Of a stretch of DNA of 64,000 nt, positions 19,310-28,487 are shown piece after piece; the first letter of the stretch is position 1; the number at the start of each line of letters is the position of its first letter. The stretch comes from an uncultured Gammaproteobacteria bacterium. Its GTDB lineage: Bacteria; Patescibacteriota; Patescibacteriia; Magasanikbacterales; GWA2-37-8. Made by a program: the position numbers and the translations under genes. The DNA lies in assembly GCA_964355175.1 (NCBI GenBank), contig CAYHBZ010000002.1:332537-396536 (forward strand), written 5' to 3'. Below the pieces are notes generated by a model. That model did not search any database, was not told the origin of the DNA, and worked only from the letters and a program-made list of their open reading frames with translations.

Positions 19310-20625
19310 TCAATAAAGTCGCGGTTGAAAGCGGTTTCGTCAAACTGGATCTGTCCGTCAAAAAATTCTTGAATTTTTTTGGTCATACCCAAAGCGTTCT
19401 GCAGACAAGCGGTCGCGCCGGGCGAGGGAGTGACATTAAAAATAATTTTATCACCCAAAATTTCAGCGGCGCCTAGCAATAGGCGTCGTTCTTTTTTATT
19501 TACCAATTGCGGACGAATGCCACCCATACCTTTTTTAGTTTTTAGATCTGATTTTTTGATGGTTGGTATAATTTTTGCGATATTTTTTACAAAAGCGGCG
19601 CGACCAATTAGTGGCAAAGTAAAGATAAAATTTTGGACAATGAATTTTAGAATATCTGGATCAGAATGAATTTTGACAATGGTCATAAAAGCATCCCAAT
19701 CAAAACCGGCGGAGCGCAAAAAGTCCGGCAAGGTTTTTAGCGAACCGCGTTCTAAGATTGGCAAAGATAGGGCGGTAGGCCCAAAACGGGTTTCGGCCGT
19801 ATCAAAAATATTGGGATCGCCATGAATGGCAGCAAACGGCAACTTTTCTTTTTGCATGGTATAGACTTTGCTATTGAGCAGGTGATGATTGGAAGTATAA
19901 TAGTCGCCAATTACCGGCAATATCGCGTATTCTAATCCGTATCCCAAATTTTTGGCAAATAATAAACTGTGAGTGCCGAGCGCTACCACCACCACTTCGG
20001 CAGTAAAAGTGTTATGCTCGGTGGTGACGATATATTTATTTTCTGATTTTTCAATCGATTTTATTTTGGTATTAAAAAATATTTCAGTTTTATTTTTGTC
20101 GGTATTTTCCACAAAACTTTCGGATAACTTTTGATAATTTACGGTATAGCCGTTGGTGGAATATAGAGCCAAGACCGGTATCTTTGGGTCGCGTCCTTCC
20201 ATTATTTTTGGTTCAATTTTTCGGATTTCATCTGCCTCGATTCTTTTTAGATCAGGATATATTTCTTTGAATTTTATAAATCTTTTTTCCAAAGTTTTTA
20301 TTTCTTTGTCACCGATAGCCAGGATCATGCTACTAGAATGCAAAAAAATTCCATTGTCAGCTGGCAATCTGTCTAGATATTTGGCTACCATGCCAGCGCC
20401 CGTTTTTACTTTTGTGGCTTTTTCCAAATTGTAATTGGTTTCAATATCGCCAAAATGTAAGGTTTGGCTGTTGCGCAGACCGCTGGTATTGGCTTGGCCT
20501 AATTCGGAATTTTTTTCCAGCAGGGCGATACTTTGTAAATTGGTATAGCGACTCAAGGTGTATAATAAGGCACTGCCGGTAATACCGCCGCCGGCAATAA
20601 GAAGTTGAAAATTTTTATCGGCCAT
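19306..20625 (-). CDS. FAD-dependent oxidoreductase (LhgO / malate:quinone oxidoreductase-like)
   Basis: N-terminal Rossmann GxGxxG (LLIAGGGITGSALL). 439 aa. Confidence 0.65.
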   Translation of the reverse strand: MADKNFQLLIAGGGITGSALLYTLSRYTNLQSIALLEKNSELGQANTSGLRNSQTLHFGDIETNYNLEKATKVKTGAGMVAKYLDRLPADNGIFLHSSSMILAIGDKEIKTLEKRFIKFKEIYPDLKRIEADEIRKIEPKIMEGRDPKIPVLALYSTNGYTVNYQKLSESFVENTDKNKTEIFFNTKIKSIEKSENKYIVTTEHNTFTAEVVVVALGTHSLLFAKNLGYGLEYAILPVIGDYYTSNHHLLNSKVYTMQKEKLPFAAIHGDPNIFDTAETRFGPTALSLPILERGSLKTLPDFLRSAGFDWDAFMTIVKIHSDPDILKFIVQNFIFTLPLIGRAAFVKNIAKIIPTIKKSDLKTKKGMGGIRPQLVNKKERRLLLGAAEILGDKIIFNVTPSPGATACLQNALGMTKKIQEFFDGQIQFDETAFNRDFID

Positions 20626-21142
20626 AAGATTTGAGGTAGTGAAGTAGTAGACTGCCTTGAGTATTTAATTTTTTAACGGATTTTAATTTCCATTTGGCTA
20701 ATTTTCTGGTTTTAAATAAAGATAATCCATAGCCAAAAGACACCGGTTCGATGGTAAGAAATAATTCATCCAGTAAATTTTTTTCCAGACAGTAAGAATA
20801 AATTTGTTCGCCGCCTAAAATGCCGATTTTTTTATAACCGCATTTTTTAATTAATTGTGTCAGAGATTGTTTGGCCGGATTGAGATAGGTAAGTCCGGGC
20901 AGATCTTTTTTATTATTGGTGTTTCTGGTCAGTACAATGCAGTTGCGTTTGGACAGCGGCTTCTTGGCCATGTCATAGGTAGAGCGTCCGACTAATATTA
21001 CGTCGCAAGTATTTAGGATAGCGTGCAAAAAATCTTTGTCTTCCTTGCTGGTCCAGCTGGAAAAGTGTCGGGAATGTTTGGCAATACGCCCGTCGATAGT
21101 AGTGGCCGCAATAGCGATGTAGTTTGGTTTTTTCATAGCCAT
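20615..21142 (-). CDS. dihydrofolate-reductase-family protein (RibD C-terminal domain type)
   Basis: ..YIAIAATTIDGRIAKHS..WTSKEDKDF..ILVGRSTY..ILGGEQIYS.. pattern of COG0262/RibD_C reductases. Confidence 0.7.
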   Translation of the reverse strand: MAMKKPNYIAIAATTIDGRIAKHSRHFSSWTSKEDKDFLHAILNTCDVILVGRSTYDMAKKPLSKRNCIVLTRNTNNKKDLPGLTYLNPAKQSLTQLIKKCGYKKIGILGGEQIYSYCLEKNLLDELFLTIEPVSFGYGLSLFKTRKLAKWKLKSVKKLNTQGSLLLHYLKSYGR

Positions 21143-21228
21143 AGCATTTTATCACATAGAAATAAATTTTCCAATATTTACTAATCCACCCGGGGTTGCT
21201 ATAATATGCCTCAGTAAAGAAATATTGT

Positions 21229-22575
21229 ATGACACATTTAAATTGGTTTAAATCAAGACAGTGGGCAAACGGGGATGTAGTAAATGACAAAAGTTTGTCT
21301 GAGTCTCACCGGTCGGTTTCTGTCCCAAAGTCTTTTTCTTTTTGGAGAAAAATGTTGGCTTTTTCTGGTCCGGGATATTTGGTGGCCGTAGGATATATGG
21401 ATCCGGGTAATTGGGCCACGGATTTGATGGGTGGTGCAAAATATGGCTATGCACTTTTATTTGTGGTGCTCATGTCCAGTTTGTTCGCTATGTTGCTGCA
21501 ATATTTATCGGCCAAGCTTGGAATTGTTACCGGTCGGGATTTAGCGCAAATTTGTCACGATAACTTTGGTAAGAAAACTTCTTTTTTCTTTTGGTTGATG
21601 GCTGAGATTATGATCATTGCCTGTGATTTGGCGGAAGTTATTGGATCAGCCATTGCTTTGAATTTATTATTTAAAATTCCTCTGGCCTTTGGTGTGATTA
21701 TCACGGCCGCCGATGTGTTTGTATTATTGCTTTTACAGAATCGCGGATTTAGATATTTGGAAGCGCTGGTGATTACGCTTATTATTACTATCATGGTGGC
21801 CTTTAGTTTGGAATTATTTTTTTCTCAGCCGGCGATCGTCGCTTTGCTGAACGGTTTTATCCCAACCGGTAATTTGTTTACCGATAAGGAAATGCTTTAT
21901 ATTGCCGTAGGTATTTTGGGAGCGACAGTGATGCCGCATAATCTATATTTGCATTCGGCAGTGGTGCAGACCCGTGCTTATGAGGAAACCGAGGAAGGCA
22001 AAAAAGAAGCCTTAAAATTTTCGGCCATTGATTCTACTGTCGCTTTATTGTTTGCTTTTTATATCAATGCCGCGATTTTGATAGTATCGGCGGCAACATT
22101 TTATACCCGCGGACTAAATGGTGTGGCTGAAATTTCTCAGGCCTATCAGCTTTTATCACCTCTGCTTGGCGCCAGTGCCGCTTCGATTTTATTTGCTATC
22201 GCCCTTTTGGCCTCTGGTCAGAATTCCACCATTACCGGTACTCTAGCCGGACAGATTATCATGGAAGGTTTTATAAATTTTAGATTGTCTCCATGGTTGC
22301 GTCGTTTGGTGACCAGATTGATAGCGATTGTGCCGGCCGTGATAGCAATTTTAATTTATGGTGACGGCAGTCTGACAAAATTATTAGTTTTGAGCCAGGT
22401 AATTTTAAGTTTGCAATTGCCGTTTGCGGTTTTTCCGTTGGTATATTTTACCGGCAGTAAAAAACATCTGGGAAATTTTGCCAATCGTCCTTTTACGAAA
22501 TTCTTGGCTTGGACTATTGCTAGTATAATAGTAATTTTAAATATTTGTTTACTGTATTTACTTTTCGTTAATTAA
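21229..22575 (+). CDS. mntH: NRAMP-family divalent metal (Mn2+/Fe2+) transporter
   Basis: GPGYLVAVGYMDPGNWATDL consensus, ~11 TM helices. Confidence 0.9.
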   Translation: MTHLNWFKSRQWANGDVVNDKSLSESHRSVSVPKSFSFWRKMLAFSGPGYLVAVGYMDPGNWATDLMGGAKYGYALLFVVLMSSLFAMLLQYLSAKLGIVTGRDLAQICHDNFGKKTSFFFWLMAEIMIIACDLAEVIGSAIALNLLFKIPLAFGVIITAADVFVLLLLQNRGFRYLEALVITLIITIMVAFSLELFFSQPAIVALLNGFIPTGNLFTDKEMLYIAVGILGATVMPHNLYLHSAVVQTRAYEETEEGKKEALKFSAIDSTVALLFAFYINAAILIVSAATFYTRGLNGVAEISQAYQLLSPLLGASAASILFAIALLASGQNSTITGTLAGQIIMEGFINFRLSPWLRRLVTRLIAIVPAVIAILIYGDGSLTKLLVLSQVILSLQLPFAVFPLVYFTGSKKHLGNFANRPFTKFLAWTIASIIVILNICLLYLLFVN

Positions 22576-22588
22576 ATTTTTAGCAGTT

Positions 22589-23332
22589 ATGAAGATACAT
22601 TTTTTGGGAACCAATGGTTGGTATGATAGCGATACCGGTAATACTATTAGCGCTTTAATTGATACCAAGGAGGCTTATATAATTTTGGACGCCGGTTTTG
22701 GTATTGCCAAAGCATCGGATTTTATCAAAGAAGATAAACCGGTTTTTTTATTTCTCAGTCATTTTCATATTGATCATATTTGTGGTCTGCATACTTTAAC
22801 CAAGATGAAGCTTAAACAACCGCTCACAATTATTAGTCATAAAGGACTCAAAAAAATGATGAGCACAATTTTTGATCACCCCTACGCCGCGTCCCTTAAA
22901 GAGTTGGGTTACAAAGTAAATTTAATTGAAGTAAAAGCCGGTAAATATAATTTGCCGGTGAAGTTTGATTGTCTGCCGCTACAGCATATTGATACTGATT
23001 TCGGTTATCGTTTTTATTTAGAAAATAAAATTATTACTTATTGTACCGATACTCATCCTTGTGCCAACGATATAGAATTGGCCAAAGATGCGGATATTCT
23101 TATTCATGAATCTGGATATTGGAAAGAAGTGCCTGGAGATTTTTGGGGACACTCTGATCCCGAGGGGGCAGCGAAGGTGGCCAAAGAGGCTGGGGTGAAG
23201 AAAATGTATCTTACTCAATTTGGACCAAATTCATTTAATACGCGTGCCAAGCGTTTGGATGCTCAAAGAAGAGCGCGTAAGATTTTTAAAAATACTTTCG
23301 CGGCGTTTGATGGCATCACGATAAAAATTTAA
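22589..23332 (+). CDS. MBL-fold metallo-hydrolase
   Basis: HxHxDH motif (LSHFHIDHICGL). Confidence 0.8.
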   Translation: MKIHFLGTNGWYDSDTGNTISALIDTKEAYIILDAGFGIAKASDFIKEDKPVFLFLSHFHIDHICGLHTLTKMKLKQPLTIISHKGLKKMMSTIFDHPYAASLKELGYKVNLIEVKAGKYNLPVKFDCLPLQHIDTDFGYRFYLENKIITYCTDTHPCANDIELAKDADILIHESGYWKEVPGDFWGHSDPEGAAKVAKEAGVKKMYLTQFGPNSFNTRAKRLDAQRRARKIFKNTFAAFDGITIKI

Positions 23333-23340
23333 TAAAAAAA

Positions 23341-23367
23341 TTCTCCATTATCTGGAGAATTTTTTTT
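23341..23367 (+). terminator. rho-independent terminator
   Basis: TTCTCCA-TTATC-TGGAGAA then T8. Confidence 0.8.
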
Positions 23368-23454
23368 CTACCACTGTCGACAAAATTTTGACTGCAAAGG
23401 TAGGCCGCACATCCTACCTCCTTTGGTTGGTGTGCGGGTAAATGACATGGTATC

Positions 23455-24204
23455 TCAGGTGCCGTACTGGGCGTGCTGGCGAAGTTGCTCCAGTTCCGCG
23501 GAGGTAGTCTCGATTTCTTCTGGATTCGCTTTCGCGTTTTCCAGAAGAGTCAGGACTTTGTCCACGGCCGTGCTGGCTTCGTCGCTTGACCAGTGCTTGC
23601 GTTTGCGTAGACGTGAAACCTCTCTCTGAGCTTGTCGCAGATAGGCCGACCTGATCCAGCTACGCCATCTTTCAATGTTTTGCCGGACGTAGGCGGGATC
23701 AGAGTAGTCGATGAGACTTGCCAGGATGTCGCCCGGCGAAGTATTGATCCAAGCTTTGTCTGGATACCTCTCCAGAGCCTGCTCGAGAATGTCCACGCGG
23801 CAGTTCAAGTACGCCGTCAGCATCTGTTCTTCCGAGAAAGGAGAGATGTCGACGTGCTTGAGCTTGAACAGCCTACAAATTCTTTTGACCTCCTTGATTT
23901 CGGTCAAGAAGTTTTCTCTCGCTGCCAGTGCTTCTGGCAACGATCTGGAGCTGCTCGACATCAGATCTGCACACCACACCGTGAGGTAGTGGCGAGCGAG
24001 TTGACGGCGTTCGTCTTCGTTCACGTGGCCCTTGAGATCCTGCAACTTCTGCAGTGCATCTTTCGGGTCGTTCCAGTTGCGCTCACCCAGCTCGGCGATG
24101 ATTTCTTGGTGTGCTTGTTTACGTTTCTTGGCGCGGTGCTTCTTGGCCATCACTGCGATGATGAAGACGCACGCGATAAATGCAACAATAACGGTGAGTT
24201 CCAT
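23455..24204 (-). CDS. orphan membrane-anchored protein encoded in high-GC islet 1
   Basis: 249 aa with an N-terminal TM helix, then a charged helical domain. GC is ~58% against ~38% in the flanks, with GC-rich third codon positions. No motif I recognise. Confidence 0.5.
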   Translation of the reverse strand: MELTVIVAFIACVFIIAVMAKKHRAKKRKQAHQEIIAELGERNWNDPKDALQKLQDLKGHVNEDERRQLARHYLTVWCADLMSSSSRSLPEALAARENFLTEIKEVKRICRLFKLKHVDISPFSEEQMLTAYLNCRVDILEQALERYPDKAWINTSPGDILASLIDYSDPAYVRQNIERWRSWIRSAYLRQAQREVSRLRKRKHWSSDEASTAVDKVLTLLENAKANPEEIETTSAELEQLRQHAQYGT

Positions 24205-24336
24205 TTGCCCCCCCTAGTAGAACTTTGTAGGCAGTAGACACCATGTCTAAAAGCCAAAATAAGTTGGTAGCTAAATACTGTATATTCGCTTACCAACCGA
24301 TTTTGGACTATTGTAAAAAGAACACGAATTTGGCGA

Positions 24337-24365
24337 ATTATAGCACAAAAGTTAGTTTTTGTCAA
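24337..24365 (-). promoter_or_regulatory. consensus sigma70 promoter (TTGACA-17-TATAAT) for the islet 1 gene
   Basis: The reverse complement reads cTTGACAaaaactaacttttgtgcTATAATtcg, about 130 nt upstream of the start at 24204. Confidence 0.5.
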
Positions 24366-24482
24366 GTATTTTAGCTGTTATTAGCCAAAAAATATCTCTT
24401 TAGATAGCCTTGTTTTTTCATAGACCGTATGGTAATATAAAAGCTCAAAAGACTCCTGTTTTTGTTTTTAATCTAGCTTTTT

Positions 24483-27314
24483 ATGTCTTTTTTTACCAAA
24501 ATTTTCGGCGATCCCAACGCCAAAGTCTTAAAAGAAATTTATCCAATAGTGGATAAAATAAATTCTTTTGAACCGTCATTACAAACTTTGTCATTGGAAC
24601 AATTAAAAAATAAAACCACCGAATTTAAAGAGCGTTTGGCCAAAGGCGAAACTCTTGATGATATTTTACCGGAAGCTTTCGCGGTAGTGCGTGAGGTTTC
24701 TCGCCATGTTACCGGCATGCGTCATTTTGATGTACAGATGATTGGTGGTATTGTGTTGCATCGTGGACAAATTTCCGAAATGCGTACGGGTGAAGGTAAG
24801 ACTTTGGTAGCTACTTTGCCAGTATATCTCAATGCGCTCGCTGGAAAAGGTGTGCATTTGGTGACAGTCAATGATTATTTGGCCAAGCGTGATGCTGTTT
24901 GGATGAGTCAGATTTATGACGCGCTGGGCATGAGTGTTGGTATTATTCAGCAACAGCTCGTGTCATATAAATATAATCCTAATAAATTAAAAATCACCGA
25001 CGCTGATGGCAAAGACGCAATGAGCGAAGGTGGTAGTATCGACGCCGAGCGCGACGCCACCGGTGCGTTTAAGGTAGAATATGAATACCTGGAAAATTGT
25101 ACCCGCAAAGAAGCGTATGCTTGTGATATTACTTACGGCACCAACAATGAATTTGGTTTTGATTATCTGCGCGACAACATGGTGGGTAATTTATTCGAAA
25201 TGTCTCAGCGACCTTTTTATTTTGCGATCGTCGATGAAGTCGATTCCATTTTGATCGATGAAGCGCGCACACCGCTGATTATTTCAGCTCCAGCCGAAGA
25301 AGCGACCGATACTTATTATAAATTTTCCGACATCGTAAATACTTTGGAAGAAAAAGCAGATTACAACGTGGATGAAAAAATGCGCGCCAGCACTCTCACG
25401 GAAGCGGGTATCAAAAAGATCGAACAAAAACTCGGCGTAGAAAATATTTATGCCGATGGTAGTATGAGTATGGTGCATCACACCGAGCAGGCCTTGCGTG
25501 CTAAATCTCTTTTCAAACGTGATCGCGATTATGTGGTAGAAAATGGCGAAGTGATTATCGTGGACGAGTTCACCGGTCGCAAGATGGCGGGTCGTCGCTA
25601 TAATGAAGGTCTACACCAGGCGATAGAGGCCAAAGAGCGTGTGGCGATTCAGCGTGAAAGCCAAACCATGGCCACAATTACTTTTCAAAATTATTTCCGT
25701 CTTTACACCAAGCTCTCTGGTATGACCGGTACGGCTGTTACCGAAGCGGAAGAATTTGGCAAAATTTATAATTTGGAAGTAACGGTAATTCCTACCAACC
25801 GCGCTAATTTGCGCTCCGATCATCCGGATAGAATTTACAAAACCGAAGCCGCTAAATATCAGGCTATCGCCAAAACCGTAAAAGAATTACAATCCAAAGG
25901 CCAGCCGGTTTTGATTGGTACTATTTCGGTAGAAAAAAATGAAGCCCTTAGTCTGTATTTGGAAAGAGAAGGTATTAAACATGAAATTTTAAACGCTAAA
26001 AATCACGAACGAGAAGGTGAAATCATCGCTCAGGCCGGTCATGCGGGCGCGGTGACTATCGCTACCAACATGGCGGGTCGTGGTGTGGATATTATTTTGG
26101 GTGGTAATCCACCGGTAGTGGAGGAGGCTCAAAAAGTACGTGCCAACGGCGGTCTATTTGTAATCGGTACCGAGCGCCACGAAAGTCGCCGTATCGACAA
26201 TCAGCTTCGTGGTCGCGCCGGTCGTCAGGGTGATCCGGGTGAAACTCAATTTTATCTTTCTACCGAAGATGATCTCATGCGTATTTTTGCCGGCGACAGA
26301 ATTCGCTCCGTGATGCAGACTCTGCGCGTGCCGGATGATATGCCAATCGAGCAAGGTTCTATTACACGCATCATCGAATCCGCTCAGAAAAAAGTAGAAG
26401 GTTTCCATTTTGATTCTCGTAAACATTTGCTGGAATACGACGATGTGCTGAACCGTCATCGTGAAGTGATTTATGGTCGCCGCCGTCAGATTTTGGAAAT
26501 TTTTGAACAACAAAAGAATAATATTATTGCTGGCACAGACGTCGCCAACACTGCCGCCGCCGACACCAACAACGCTGTTATCACGAGCGCCAGCGAGGGA
26601 TCTGTGAAGTCGCCAGCAAAAACTCTCCAAGACCTAATTTTAGAAATGACCGAAAATGAGATCGAACAGCTTGTATCTTTTCATACCAATGCCGAAGATA
26701 AAAATGTCTGGGAGATGCAAGAATTGGTAGATAGTGTCGGTACGATTTATCCTTTGAGCGAAGAAGAAAGAAATAAAATTTTGAATCTGGGTGAACATGG
26801 CACTGAAAAATTGGAAGCGGTAGAAGCGCGCACTCATGTTATTGAAACCCTTACCAATTGGGCCAAAGAAAAATATCAGAAAATGCTGGTAGAAAAAATT
26901 AACAATCCACCAATCCAGGCTGAAGTAGAAAAACAAATTCTTTTGCGCGCTACTGATGGTCTCTGGATTGATCACCTTGTAGCCGTCGATTATCTGCGCG
27001 CCGGTATTGGTCTGCGCGGCTATGGTCAGCGCGATCCGTTGGTAGAATACAAACGCGAAACCTATCACATGTTCAATAGTTTGCTCTCCGCGATTTCGCA
27101 TGATGTAGTATATAATATTTTCAAAATAAATATCGGTATTCAGATGGGTGAAGATAATCTGGCCAGAAAAAATCTGGTCTACAGCGGCCCAGAGACTGAA
27201 TCCAAAATCGTCGATACTACTCACGTAAAAAACGAAGAAGGTGAAAAAGTGGGACGCAACGATTTGTGTCCGTGTGGAAGTGGGAAGAAGTATAAGCGGT
27301 GCCACGGCGCGTAA
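24483..27314 (+). CDS. secA: preprotein translocase ATPase SecA
   Basis: DEAD-like motor, preprotein cross-linking domain, C-terminal zinc finger CPCGSGKKYKRCHG. 943 aa. Confidence 0.95.
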   Translation: MSFFTKIFGDPNAKVLKEIYPIVDKINSFEPSLQTLSLEQLKNKTTEFKERLAKGETLDDILPEAFAVVREVSRHVTGMRHFDVQMIGGIVLHRGQISEMRTGEGKTLVATLPVYLNALAGKGVHLVTVNDYLAKRDAVWMSQIYDALGMSVGIIQQQLVSYKYNPNKLKITDADGKDAMSEGGSIDAERDATGAFKVEYEYLENCTRKEAYACDITYGTNNEFGFDYLRDNMVGNLFEMSQRPFYFAIVDEVDSILIDEARTPLIISAPAEEATDTYYKFSDIVNTLEEKADYNVDEKMRASTLTEAGIKKIEQKLGVENIYADGSMSMVHHTEQALRAKSLFKRDRDYVVENGEVIIVDEFTGRKMAGRRYNEGLHQAIEAKERVAIQRESQTMATITFQNYFRLYTKLSGMTGTAVTEAEEFGKIYNLEVTVIPTNRANLRSDHPDRIYKTEAAKYQAIAKTVKELQSKGQPVLIGTISVEKNEALSLYLEREGIKHEILNAKNHEREGEIIAQAGHAGAVTIATNMAGRGVDIILGGNPPVVEEAQKVRANGGLFVIGTERHESRRIDNQLRGRAGRQGDPGETQFYLSTEDDLMRIFAGDRIRSVMQTLRVPDDMPIEQGSITRIIESAQKKVEGFHFDSRKHLLEYDDVLNRHREVIYGRRRQILEIFEQQKNNIIAGTDVANTAAADTNNAVITSASEGSVKSPAKTLQDLILEMTENEIEQLVSFHTNAEDKNVWEMQELVDSVGTIYPLSEEERNKILNLGEHGTEKLEAVEARTHVIETLTNWAKEKYQKMLVEKINNPPIQAEVEKQILLRATDGLWIDHLVAVDYLRAGIGLRGYGQRDPLVEYKRETYHMFNSLLSAISHDVVYNIFKINIGIQMGEDNLARKNLVYSGPETESKIVDTTHVKNEEGEKVGRNDLCPCGSGKKYKRCHGA

Positions 27315-27327
27315 ATAAAAAATAAAA

Positions 27328-27356
27328 GACCTTTGCAAAAGCAGAGGTTTTTTTTA
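27328..27356 (+). terminator. rho-independent terminator
   Basis: GACCTTTGC-AAAA-GCAGAGGTT followed by T8. Confidence 0.7.
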
Positions 27357-27469
27357 TACAAAAAATTGACTTTTTTATAAATTAGTTTAATATATTCTCA
27401 AGTTTCCATCTGGCTATGGTATGCATGTCGCATACTTGGCATGAGAAGGAAAAGCCTGGGGGGATTATC

Positions 27470-27934
27470 ATGGACTTCGCTCTTACCCGCGGTTTTCGCA
27501 TTGCCGCGGAGATCATCATCATCCTGTCGGTGATCAGCATGGCGCTCGAGTGCATCGTGCTGTCTCTGGGTCTGTCCACGATGGCGGATCTGTCACACTA
27601 CATGGTCTCGACCGCCTTTTCGGCGTTCGTCGGCGGTGTCATGTGGTGGTATTTCGGTCTCCGCCACAACGCCTCCGTGATCAAGGCGTTGAAGTACTGG
27701 CGCGACGAGTTTCCACCGGTGGATTCTGTCGGGCTGTTTCTCGGGGTGACCTTCGTGATCATCTTCGTTCTGGTGTCGCTGTCGCAGCTCGTGCGCTGGG
27801 TCCTGCAGACTCACGCTGGTCTGGAGAGCTGGTGGATCCAGAACATGGTGATTGCCTTGGCTGCTTCTGCCATGTTCCTTCTAGCCATCGTGGCCGATGC
27901 TGTGCGTAGAAGGATGATTGACGGTCGCGATTGA
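27470..27934 (+). CDS. orphan 4-TM membrane protein encoded in high-GC islet 2 (alternative start 27416)
   Basis: ~60% GC. Four hydrophobic helices. TTGACT-16-TAATAT promoter at 27366-27393. The ATG at 27470 follows GGGGGGATTATC. Confidence 0.45.
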   Translation: MDFALTRGFRIAAEIIIILSVISMALECIVLSLGLSTMADLSHYMVSTAFSAFVGGVMWWYFGLRHNASVIKALKYWRDEFPPVDSVGLFLGVTFVIIFVLVSLSQLVRWVLQTHAGLESWWIQNMVIALAASAMFLLAIVADAVRRRMIDGRD

Positions 27935-28142
27935 GGTGGCGCGTCTTCGAACAAGAAGGAGGGACATGTCCATTCGTGCTCCGCCCCCAATAGGGGCGGC
28001 AGTGAGGAGGAAGAAACCATCGACCACCAAACTGCTTTTCATCTAAATGTACATTTGGATATAGAGCAGAGTGGTCGATGGTTTTTTTGTTTAGTTATGT
28101 TATAATATTTATTGAAGAAATATATTTATTACAGAATTAATT

Positions 28143-28349
28143 ATGATCACGCCCGGAACCTACCGCCACTACAAAGGAAAAGATTATGAAGTAATCGGTA
28201 TTGGCAAAAATGAAGCCACATTGGAAGAGGTCGTAATTTATAAAGCTCTATATGATGGTGGTAGTATTTGGGTGCGCACCTTGAAAGTTTTTGAAGAAAA
28301 AGTGGAAGTAAATGGGGAAGTAGTGCCTAGATTCAAATTTATAAAGTAA
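28143..28349 (+). CDS. DUF1653-family small protein
   Basis: ..PGTYRHYKGKDYEVIG..LEEVVIYKALYDGGSIWVR.. matches the DUF1653 signature as I remember it. Confidence 0.6.
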   Translation: MITPGTYRHYKGKDYEVIGIGKNEATLEEVVIYKALYDGGSIWVRTLKVFEEKVEVNGEVVPRFKFIK

Positions 28350-28353
28350 AAAT

Positions 28354-28377
28354 CGGTCCAAAAGACCGGTTTTTTGT
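28354..28377 (+). terminator. rho-independent terminator
   Basis: CGGTC-CAAAA-GACCG plus T6. Confidence 0.7.
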
Positions 28378-28487
28378 TTATGGCTAGCCATAAACACTCT
28401 GGATTTATCCACTTGCCAAAAATGCTAAAACAAGGTAAAATCGCTCTACTTAAATTGATTAATAAAATCATTAATTTTATCTAATTT

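Noticed and set aside
24666-27338. Multiple 60-230-aa antisense ORFs inside secA (for example 26640..27338 at 232 aa, 26154..26630).
   Set aside because: They are embedded antisense in a highly conserved full-length SecA frame and have no motifs. Long AT-rich antisense frames are expected by chance.
27416-27469. Longer start (MVCMSHTWHEK..) for the islet 2 gene.
   Set aside because: The ATG is only ~20 nt from the predicted -10 box and lacks a ribosome-binding site. The downstream ATG follows GGGGGGATTATC. This is uncertain, so I kept it as an alternative.
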